41,502 bases of DNA from Klebsormidium nitens (taxonomy: Eukaryota > Plantae > Klebsormidiophyceae), in assembly GCA_000708835.1 (NCBI GenBank), contig DF237660.1, forward strand, positions 1 to 41,502. The letters are read 5' to 3'. The notes beneath the pieces were generated by a model. That model saw nothing but the letters and a program-made list of their open reading frames with translations, was not told the DNA's origin and did no database searches. Positions 30,001 to 39,570 of the stretch are shown in pieces (the stretch's first letter is position 1; each line of letters opens with the position of its first letter). Both the position numbers and the translations under genes were made by a program.

Positions 30001-32006
30001 CCAAGTGCAACATTGACTACCTCAAGGCAAATGCTATTCTACCCTCTGAAGCAGCATACAGACGCTACAAGGAATGTGCACTCAATCAATGTATCAATCC
30101 GTATGATGAAGGTGTTAGTTCTCACCAGGCCGTCGTAGGCAGTTGAGCAGCAAGCCGCCTCTTGCCCTGGGGCGATGCGGCAGATCCTCCGATAGGTTGT
30201 GATAGAGTAGCGCGCTCCGGCCGTTGTTAGCGCCCCCTTCCGGCTCTCCACTTGCCATGGTCGGCCGCACGGCGACAGCACCTCGACGGGTCGCGGGGCG
30301 CAAAAGTGCTTTGCTTTATCACGCCGCCGCACCCCCTCTTCGCCCCACCGTTCGCAAAGGCTCGCAACACTCGCTCCACCCCGGCTCATGACCGTGTCGA
30401 TCTTCCGATGGCTGTGGCCCATATCGAGGGCCGCCGCAGGGAGACACTCCCACAGCTCTCGTGAGTCCCGGTGGGTGCACGCAACTTTCGAGTCCGGCCG
30501 CCGGCAAAGCCGATCGTTGCAGACCCAGAGCTTTCCCTGCCCTGACGCTCGAAGCTCCTCCCTTTCCGCCCGTTTCTCCAAAACGGGTGTTGTGCGTGTT
30601 GCAACCTGAAGCACCCGTCCGTCTTCAGGTCGGAAGCTTACTGCCGTGCGTGACTGCTTCGTCCCTGCAAAACCTCTCTCCACGTGCGAGCACCCCTCCT
30701 GATCCGGACATCTGCTGCAAAAGGCATTCCTCCCTGTGAGCACGCAAACTGCTGGGAGTTTGTCGACTCCCGCCCCAGTGCCAACCACAAACAGACGGAG
30801 TCTTGGCCCCGACCATGCGGCCGCGTTGAGCCCACTGATTGGAGCTCCCAGACGGCCGTCCAGCTCGATGGGGAGGACCCGGTCTGGATTGCTCATGACC
30901 TTTCGTACAAAGCTTGAGCTCTCGTCAAACGGGCCAAAGTCTGGTCGCGCCCCCCCTGTGACGGATCCCCACCAGCCCTCCATAGCTGCGGTGTCTCTCA
31001 AAAGGCCCACTTCATGGTCTCTGCATGCTTTCTGGCCGCACATGCAGCGGAAGTTGCCCGCATGATCCACCTTGACGAGCCGAGGCAGATTGACCGGCTT
31101 CCCCCCGGTCTCTGACAAAGAGAACTCGAGAACCCGCCCGTCGCCCCCCAGATGCGGAACGAGAAACAGCCCCGCGCCAATGACGGTCGGAGGGATTGTG
31201 CACCGTTTCAACTCCTCCAATACTGCAGCCGTCCCGCATTCCTTCGGAGTGGGACCGGACTCGAGCGCCCTCTTTATTCCCCGTCTGGCGACCTTTGCCT
31301 TCTTGCAGCACGGGCACGCCTCCAAATCCCGCCTTTGAACAAAAAACTGGCGCCCCCCCTCCGCCGCGGGCTGCCCTAACTTCGGCTCTCTCAACTCTCC
31401 TGAGTCGGGAGAGGCCTCGTACTTCTTGAAGAGGTCACTTCGGTCTATTGCCTCTCCAGTGACCGTTGAGACAAAGGGGCGGCCCTCGGCGTATGCGGCG
31501 TCCAAACATCGGAGACAGAGGAGGTGTCCGCCGCCGCCTGGGCAGATGATCGCACCTCCACGGTTCCGTTTCCGCTCCCAGATGAACGGCTCGGCTCCTC
31601 GGGTGTACAGGGGCACGTTGCCTTTGCAGACACTGCCTTGGCACGGCACCCCAAAGCCGTCCTTGGTGAAGGCGCTCCCGAGCTTGAGGCGAAAGGCGTA
31701 CGCATAATCGAAGAAGAAGTCGTCGTTTCCTTGCTGTGCCGCTTATGAGGGGGTCCCGCCACGGATGCCGCCAGCGTGTGGCAGAGGGGGGACGGCTGCT
31801 GGCACGCTGCGAATGTCGCAGATTCTGATGGAAGTGCCGAGAGGGCTGTTCGGAGACGAGATATCAACGCCGCCGATTGTGACCGCCCCCAGAGCTCGCA
31901 CGTGCCCACCACCCGCCAATGCGCCGTGCAGATAGGCGTTTGGACCCGGAGCGGTCGATGCAAGCAGCTGCACTTCTTCTGTGGAGACCACTAGGCATGA
32001 CGCCAT
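27060..32006 (-). CDS. Two-exon SWIM/CxC Zn-cluster + Kyakuja-Dileera-Zisupton (KDZ) transposase (~1,320 aa); one in-frame TAA and one frameshift
   Basis: Exon 32006-30126 (SWIM-like RCMCGQKACRDH and FCSRCPDQEGCSH; CxC-like CAP..SPCGRPW...RICR...CCSTAYDGL) splices in phase to exon 29143-27060 (EDGIFNFSGTNLISHGLL...). KDZ core: GMFIACCQDQAPLGYHWLKGGES, TIVEDAAC, LNRVP, FLVDRFH, THTC, TTASEGINS. Lesions: TAA at 31743-31745 and a 1-nt break in the C4 run at 29060-29063. Confidence 0.82.
29223..30146 (+). CDS. Intronless F-box-like + XPA-like Zn-finger/DNA-binding protein, nested antisense in the KDZ intron (29144-30125)
   Basis: N-terminal LLNLPDLAASACTCK (F-box-like), then CAIC...TCLRC followed by LTTTEARKKYKIKDLALL...HP...TRYYREVDVRVLAIRERGG, the XPA C-terminal pattern (iT-x-TEAk-x2-Y-l...Y-x4-V-x3-A-x3-wG). 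Confidence 0.7.
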   Translation: MSLNEKFASALSIVGQKGLLNLPDLAASACTCKDTQAAIGTMMHDFPFSSNNSPGPLYVESVLPQECCAICSSAWTDLRWPMHPHKGLATCLRCLDLGLHSALDCLTTTEARKKYKIKDLALLQWTSHPLKTLQTRYYREVDVRVLAIRERGGPVGFREAQEARQTKIIMQRRKRLVKHYEDLANQGRCFQTQTVLAGLNLPECIDLRAKLESPKEGSERIFREEAIQQLSLLRRMVPLESPKKYSLLWTEPDYPLTVKAKCNIDYLKANAILPSEAAYRRYKECALNQCINPYDEGVSSHQAVVGS

Positions 32007-32291
32007 CCTGCAAATGGAGAATTGATTGCTTGTTGAGAGATTCACTTTTCCTTAAGTACCCCTTCGATGTCGCTTTTAAACCACATTTGCCATCACTTGT
32101 GTTTGCTCCCCGGCCCCTTGGTGACACGTTATAGCTGATTTAGACTGTTTCATTACCTAAAGTCAGAAAGCACGTGCGGTTTGGCGACCGTTGGATGCCT
32201 GCTACAGAGTAAAGCCCGCAGTATGGCCACGGGCTAACCTACGGTCCCCACGTTGCAATCGATGATCGGCGATGGCCCCGAACTGGCTGAT

Positions 32292-33151
32292 GGTCCACAC
32301 CTTGCAGTTGGCCTAACACACAATTCCTTAAAACCAGAGACAACGTGTGGACCCGGCCGTGCCCGCCTTCGGCTTCAAAATCTGCGGCGTGGCCAAGTTG
32401 GCTTACGGTCCACACCTTGCAGTTGGCCTTCCATACGTTTCCTTAAAACCAAAGACAACGTGTGGCCCCATGGCCTATGCTTGCCATCGGCTTCAAAACC
32501 TGCGGCGTGGCCGGGCTAGCTTACGGTCCACACCTTGCAGTTGGCCTTCCATACGATTCCTTAAAACCAAAGACAACGTGTGGACCAGCACCTGCGAACA
32601 CGTGGAGAAACGTGGCGCAATCAGTGCCCGCCATCCACTCTAAGATGTGTGGTAGTATGGCCGGGGCAGCTTACGGTCTACACCTTGTAGTTGGCCTTCC
32701 ATACGATTCCTTGAAGCCAGAGACAACGTGTGGACACGTGCTCTGTGCTTGCCATCGGCTTCAAAGTTTGTGGTGTGGCCGGGCCAGCTTACGGTCCACA
32801 CCTTGCAGTTGGCCTTCCATACGATTCCTTAAAACCAGAGACAACGTGTGGACCAGCACGTGCGAACACCTGGAGAAACGTGGCGCAATCAGTGCCCGCC
32901 ATCCACTCTCAGATCTGCGGAAGTATGGCCGGGCCGGCTTACGGTCCACACCTTGCAGTTGGCTGATGACAAGACTCCCTTAGACAAAGAACAACGTGTG
33001 GACCAGCATCTGCAGACACTTGAAGAACCGTGCCCTGATGGGGTGCCCACCATCTGCTCTAAAATCTGTGGTATGGCCGGGCTGGCTTCCGGTCCACAAC
33101 TTGCAATTGGCTGAAGACGGGTTCCTTGAAACCAAAGACAACGTGTAGACC
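32292..33151 (-). repeat. Tandem array of 7 palindromic units, inverted relative to the 11322-12133 array
   Basis: Units start (ggtccacaccttgcagttggcc...aaaaccaaagacaacgtgtggacc) at 32292, 32407, 32525, 32675, 32793, 32943 and 33091. Periods 115, 118, 150, 118, 150, 148, i.e. a 268-bp higher-order duplication. Confidence 0.93.
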
Positions 33152-33964
33152 CGTTCAGAAAAGGAGAGGGAGAAAAGCTCAGAAAACGTGCCTCACATTG
33201 TCACGGGCGATTATTTTACAAAAAGGAGCCGCCATCGGAATTTTGTGTGCACGCCCTTTGGCACCAGCCATATAGAGAGTTAGTGCAAAGCTCACCACAC
33301 TTGCCAGCGAGAAGGGTGGGGGCTGCAGCTGCCGCTTCCATCAACGTGCGGCCGTCCTAACCTCTTGAAGCTGTCTCTGTTGGCCAAGTGAGTGCCCCTC
33401 TAGTGCACGTTTCGAGCCGCCGTGAGATCCTGTATACGACCTCGCGACCTATGCCGGGCGGGGCTGCTCTGCTTGAACTTTGGAGCGTAGATCTAGACTT
33501 GTCTGCTCATCTACGGTCTAGAATGAGCGGCTCGGCCGTCAACCGGGCGGTTCTTTCAAGTTCGGGGGAGAATCCCCAATGGACGGCGCCCGAATGTCCT
33601 GCCTCCAATGGACGGCCACGATGCAAACCCTGAGTTGGGTTGGATTGTAGCCTCGCGCCGCCCCGGGGCCCGGCCGCAGCCGCGCGGCCGCGGCGGCCGC
33701 CTGCCAATGACTTGGTGCGAAAACGGAGGTGACGCGGAGCCATTCTCAGATAAAATCTGCTATGCTGCGCAAACAATGCGAACCAAGGCGCAATGATGCT
33801 CCAGCACCACCTGTTGTCAATCAGGACTGGGTAGGAGTCTGGTCACTTGCGGTCTTTCTGCAATTTTGAGCTTGTAATAACTTGTATTTGGAGAAGTGCT
33901 GACATCCAGCTGTGTGCTTCGTGCCTGATGCGGCTCGTGGCCTGCTGAAAGTGTGCCGGCAGTC

Positions 33965-36437
33965 ATGGCGGCCAGCTCGGCCCGGTGTGGGATCAGGGCG
34001 CACCGGCTGGAGGTGAGCCGGCTGCCGGACCTTCCTGCCCAGCCTGGGCCACACGGGATCGACTCACGATGCAAGGCGTGGCTTGGGGCGCCTCACCAGC
34101 GCAGGAAGGACGCAGCTTGCGGTCCTCAATTGCGGCAGGACCCTAGTAGCTCCGCAAGCTGCGCCAGTCGCAGTGACCAGCAGCCGGCGGTGAGGCAGCC
34201 CCACCCAAGCCAGGCCCGGGGCCGCCACCGGAGTGGCCCTGCGGCGGCTGTGGTGCTGGGAGGGCAGGCCAGTGTTGGTGGTAATGATGGGGAGGGTGGC
34301 GGAGGGGGGGGGAGGGGACGCAGCAGCGGAGGGGGCTCTGGCGGGGGCGGAGCGGGCGATGGGCCTGCTGAGGGGAGCAGCGGGGATGAGCAGGAGCATG
34401 GACGGATCCTGTCGACAGAAGAGGTACATAGCTCTAATGCAGTCTAATGCAGAGGAGCATTGATTGCTGCGGACTTTCTGCAGCTGTAGGGTCTGAGCTG
34501 CCAGCTTGGTCTCTGCGTCAGGCAGTTGTGCACTGCCTCTTCAGGCTCACCTGCATTGTGCCTGATCTCTGCCTGCTCTCTCCTGTCTGCTCCTGAGTGG
34601 GCGTGGCACTCGCTGCGGCGCAGCTGAGGCGTGCTGTGGGCTGCGCGCAGGTGGAGCGCCTGCTGGCGGCAGAGGGTGTGCAGCTGCCGGAGGACATGGC
34701 GGCAGCAGCCGCGCTCGAGGGCCTCCCCGAAAAGATCCTGCACCGCTTCCTCATGTTCCAGGTCAGTGCGAGGGCGGGGCACGCTCGCACCAGGCTGCGC
34801 TGACCTCTTTTGCTGGTGGCATCATGGGTGAGACTCCATCGTCGTGTTTGCGGCCGCGACGCTGCATGCCTTGCTCCCGCGCCGTGCCTTCAGTCCCCTT
34901 CAGGCGAGGGTCGAGATGGGAAAGAGCTTGTTCCTAATCTGGTCTTTGGTTTTGGCCTCCCAATCCAGACTGCAACGGGCCCTGTGGGCTTCCTGTTCCG
35001 CGGGGTCACCTCCGTGCGCAACCGGCTGCTCGCCGATGACAAGTTCCTCTTCAAGGTCTTCACTGAGGTGAGCCCCACCACAACCATCCCACAGCCCGCA
35101 CTGCTGCGGCCCCCCCCCTCGCCTGCTGTGCCTGCTCCTGCGTCTGCCCCCCGCGCGCTGTGCCCCCCCTGCTGTGCGGCGCTCATTGGGGCTGGGTGTG
35201 CCAGGTGGCGGTGGACACGGGGTGTGCCACGGTGGCGGAGGTGCAGAAGCGCGGGGACGACTTCTGGGCCGAGTTTGAGCTGTACATGTCGGACCTGCTC
35301 GTGGGCCTGGCGCTGGACGTGGCGCTGGTGGGCATGCTGGCACCCGTTGCCTCCTTCGCTGCGCACGGGGCGCCGGCGCGAGGCCTCACGGCAGGCCTGA
35401 GCCGCCACCTTGCAGCGCTGCCGAGCAGGTGAGCGCCCCTGCTTGCAAATGGGAGAACCGCTGTGAGCCGCCCATGCTGGCTAACGAGCGCGTGAGAACA
35501 CACTGGAAGGGTTGCGGCTTCGATGGCTGGCAGCAGACTTCTCAATGGCCGGATGTGGATGGTCACTCTGAGCTGACTGAGGTGGTTTTGTTTGAGCTGG
35601 CCTGCACTTGGAGAGCGGTGGTGCTGGAAAGGCTGCCCCTCAGTGTTGGCGCTTTGCCCTGGTGCAGCATGTTCGAGGCGGCCGGCCGCGGGCGTTCCTT
35701 CAGCGTGGGGCAGCGCGTTGCCTGCTACCTGGTGAAGGGCGGGCAGTACGCGGTGGTGGGCACCGGGTGCGGCCTGGTGGGGCAGGGCATCGCCAACGCC
35801 ATCATGACGCTCAAGAGGTGAGGCCCACGCTCAAGGCGGGAAGGCCGCGGGGCCCTTGCAATGCCTTCTCAAAGTAGGCCTGCAAAGTGTCTTTGTGGGA
35901 GGCCGGCGGGTGGGCTGGGCGCCCCTTGGTGCAGCTCTAGTAAATATTTGCCGTTGCGCGAATACTGAAGACAGGTGGTCAATGGCGGTGCAGGAGAATG
36001 AAGCCAGCAGACGAGCATGCGGAGCAAGTGAAGGTCCCCCCTCTCATGAAATCTGCGGCCTTATGGGGTGAGTAGCCTGCTCTCACATCTAAGCTGCATG
36101 TGGTAGTTGTCCGCCAATGGCCGCCTATTCCAGCAAGCCCGATCCGGCTATTGTGATTGGAACAGTGTTTCGTGTGCGCATTGTCCTTCCATGATCATGT
36201 AGTGCTGAAGAGGATTTGAAGATTATCTTGTTGTTACGTGTAGGGGTCTTCATGGGAGTGTCTTCAAACACGAGATACCAGATCATCAATGGGCTAGAGC
36301 GATTGGTCGAGCATAGTCCAATGACAAGAAAGTTTCCTGTGGCATCCAATGCATTCACTGTTGCCATCCGCTTTGGCAACAATGTTTTTGGAGGGATGCA
36401 ATTCGTTGACTGGGCACGGTTGGCAGGCGTTCAATAG
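33965..36437 (+). CDS. RER1: RETICULATA / RETICULATA-RELATED 1-like chloroplast envelope protein (DUF3411), host gene, 7 exons
   Basis: Exons 33965-34423, 34651-34761, 34969-35067, 35205-35428, 35668-35817, 35994-36067 and 36244-36437, all in phase. Transit-peptide-like N-terminus and Gly-rich linker. RNRLLADDKFLFKVFTEVAVDTGCATVAEVQKRGDDFWAEFELYMSDLLVG, KSAALWGVFMGVSSNTRYQIINGLERLVE, RFGNNVFGGMQFVDWARLAGVQ. RE versus RER1 orthology is not resolvable by eye; exon 1 may hide a further intron. Confidence 0.92.
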
Positions 36438-39359
36438 TGAACATTCATTGGTATAACGTTAATCTGCTCGGAATGGTTGGCAGCGTCAACTAGTTGTTGT
36501 GACAGCATCATATTTTGCAAGGCTGGGAGATATTCAATGTGGCCTGCAAAGGTATACACTTATTTAGTGAATTGGGGTAACTGTAAAGACGAATTCTTGA
36601 TGAAACAGGTTGACACCTCCAATAAAAGTTTACCTTGGCTTTCTCCTACGGTACCCCTTCCACGGTATTGATTCCGTGGCCAAGGTTGTGCAATCTTGGC
36701 AATATGGTGCCATGGTACTGCTTTGCTCCATTACCTCCGGATGGTAGACTTTTTACTGCGCCAATTCATTTTCTTGTTCGATGTCCCTTCGAGCAATACA
36801 TATCAGCTGAGCCATGATTCACAATGTGCTCTCTCTCGATGGTAAATCTGGAGATTTTGGCGCCGGCATCCAAACCTCGATTGAAGCAAAGAATGCGACT
36901 TTGGATAATCTGGATTGCTTTACGGTGGCATAGGTCTTTAATGTCATGCAGTCCCGGGTTGGTCAAGAACGATATCATGTGGGCGCACAAGACGAGTACT
37001 TTGATTCAACCGTCGGTGACAGCGAAAAATATATGTGGTCACATGTCACTTAAATGGCATGTCGGAGCATCTGTGACCCCGGCGTGCCCGAGAGTACTCT
37101 GGACACATGCTAATGCAAATGGAGCGAGGGAAGCGTGAAAACAATATAATGGCTTCGGATGGATCGCCGTCAAGAGCTGCTCTATTGCCGGACCATCCGT
37201 GGAAGTCCAATTTCCAACTTGCTACTAAGTTGGAGAATTGAGCGTCTGCTCGCTATTTCATAGCTACGGTGAAATTTGTTTGCCTAAGTTCCATTGTGGG
37301 TCGTCGCTCAAATTACCCACGTTTCTACAAACTGCCAAAAGCTACTCGAAAGTACAACCTGCCTCTGCTAATGCAATGAACAGTTAAGCGGAGTCGATGA
37401 CGCGTTATATTGAAGTCACTGAGTAGGATCGATAGCATTGAATCCGCCCTCGTATGAAATTTGGTCTGTTGGCGGAATGTGGGCAGTGGGAGTCACGCAC
37501 GAACGTGGCATGAGAATACCATGCAGAAGGATCGCGTACGGGTACCCAATGCATGGTGCGCAACTTCATGGGTGAGTGCCGTAGCGGAGAAACGGCAAAC
37601 GTGCAAAAACCCAATTGTCAATAGAGTCATCGAGCGCGATGCGTACTTGCAATGCGCGCATGTCATGGCCGTTCAATACGCGTAAGGCTATGAGGTAACT
37701 AGATACAACAACGATCTAGGAAGGGAGTAATCTCTACTCATGCGAGCCCCAAATGGGGTCCAAATAGGATGGGCGGCATCTAGCAACTAGTATGGGCATA
37801 AAGGCATATGGCCGAGCCTTCACGGCAACGACAGAAAACGGCATGACACTCTAATCATGCAATCATGAATCCTTGCGATATTGTTAAAAATCGATGATTC
37901 TAGTCAACCGAGTCACTTTGATTAGAGTTCAACCCCGACTTCGACTTTAAACCGGCGAGCGCCGGCGTGCATCACTGCACGGCGGTTAGGAGGTTTTACC
38001 CTAGAGGTTAGCGGGTTGAGAGGACCGTCAATGTGAGCCGCAAATGAGGATAACAAAAGTCGAAGATCGAGTATGGGAGTGACCAAGTGTGAGATCCCTG
38101 AGACAACAGTGATTGAAAACACTACCGTGCTAGCGTAATCAAATTCGTCAGACGACGCCAAATACTTGATTATGGTATAGTATTTCGGCAGACCCATCGT
38201 GTCACTTTTGATTAATAATATTATCGATGGCCCTTACCCCTTGCATGAGATTTTTGGCAGGCCACAATGAAATTCGGATTGTTTTTGTTTTAAGGAAAGC
38301 AAACGCTGATACGGGTTTTTTCAAATGATCATTTCAAGAGAATGAGAGAAGTCATGGAAAGAAGGAAGCCGCTTACGTGTCAAAGGCGCTTCGTGTGTTT
38401 CTTTTTATGGATGGCTACCATTAATAAGTAATGAGCATGAGTGTTGGGCACTTCGATAAGAACCGATCACGAGTGACCCACTACGCGAATTTATTATCCC
38501 GCCAAATCTCATTAGGCTATGTGCCCACTGTCACAAGAGATAAGATCGACGTCCACGAAGGATGAAGGCAGCCGTTTAGTGAAGAAGGAGGGTTTGGTTT
38601 CTTTGGTGTATGAGCTGAATCGTAAAGTGATGATGGCGATCGTCGACAACGTGGAAGGTCAGGCTGCAGAGACTCTTAGCATATAAGGGATGGATGTGTG
38701 CACAAAAGGAGCCGCATTCCGTGGAGGGAGGGGAGTGTCAATCCAAGCAAAAGGGCAGGTATTTAACCACACAGAGAATACTTATGTGATTTTGATCGAG
38801 CCACAGCTGTGACGTATGGGCTATGGTTAAGTCTAACCGCACATAGTCACCAGTAAGTTAGCCTTCGGGTGCGCGCGTACGCCGGGTTGAGGCGTATGAG
38901 CACAGTATTGATGTGACGTAGTTAATGCAAGCTTGATTAATTACGCCACCAAATAGTTCGTAGAGTGCAAGATAGGTATGCTGAGTCATTGACGTGACAG
39001 CATGATCTTGCAAGACTATGGCATGACCAGGATTGCTTGGCATGGTGCATGGTGCTCTACTATGTGGTCGTAGTATGCAGTCCCAGTAAGTAAGCTGTCC
39101 TGGACATGACTGGCCCACGCGGCTACGAGATGCCTGCGGGCACTCCTCGAAGTAGCCTCTCCACGATTCAAGACTTGGCTGAACACGCAGTGGAGCAAGA
39201 CACGAAACCTTGCGGGGATCATTCGAAGTACGAATTCCCAACCAGCAAGCAGAACTGTCTTGAGCAGAAAGACAACATTTTTACAGAGCAAGCGCCTCCA
39301 TCCGAGAATGCCTGCAACCATGGTTTCCGCACATGGCTGCCGTATATGTGTCTAGTTAT

Positions 39360-39570
39360 CCCGCCAGCGCTTCGCTTAAGCTGGCCAACCGTCACAACAG
39401 CGGCAAAAGCGCGGCAGACGGTTGAAGGACATTTTTGAGAAGAAGACCAGTGCGCAAGTGATTTCGCTTAGAGGAAGCTGACGGGTCAAAGATTGACCAA
39501 GGGGAAAGCCGTTTAACGAGTACCTTACGGAGTTTCGTGAGATCAAGGCTGAGCTTGATGAAACGTTCTT
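39360..39570 (+). pseudogene. Possible degenerate LTR-retrotransposon gag fragment
   Basis: Broken frames giving ...WPTVTTAAKARQTVEGHF*...KPFNEYLTEFREIKAELDE, reminiscent of the gag 'Q...eY-x2-eF-x2-l-x2-el' helix. No pol or LTR pair was found. Confidence 0.25.

Larger units (their letters stand above)
5734..33151. mobile_element. Large composite virus/transposon-like island (two primase-helicases, tyrosine recombinase, KDZ transposase, palindromic repeat arrays); boundaries approximate
   Basis: The span is defined by the outermost copies of the GGTCCACAC...GTGTGGACC repeat. Every recognisable gene inside is of a viral or mobile-element family. An ordinary plant gene flanks it on the right. 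No TSD or unique terminus was found. Confidence 0.6.

Noticed and set aside
31743-31745. Non-standard genetic code (TAA = Gln) to explain the stop in the KDZ gene
   Set aside because: Other genes here end properly at TAA or TAG (e.g. 22221, 20672, 36437); a point mutation or error is simpler.
33650-33710. Very GC-rich quasi-palindromic tract upstream of the RETICULATA-like gene
   Set aside because: It is consistent with an ordinary GC-rich promoter or 5' UTR and is unrelated to the island repeats.
38720-38745. ggagggagggag followed by TGTCA as a polypurine tract plus LTR start
   Set aside because: No matching second LTR, integrase or RT sequence was found in the window.
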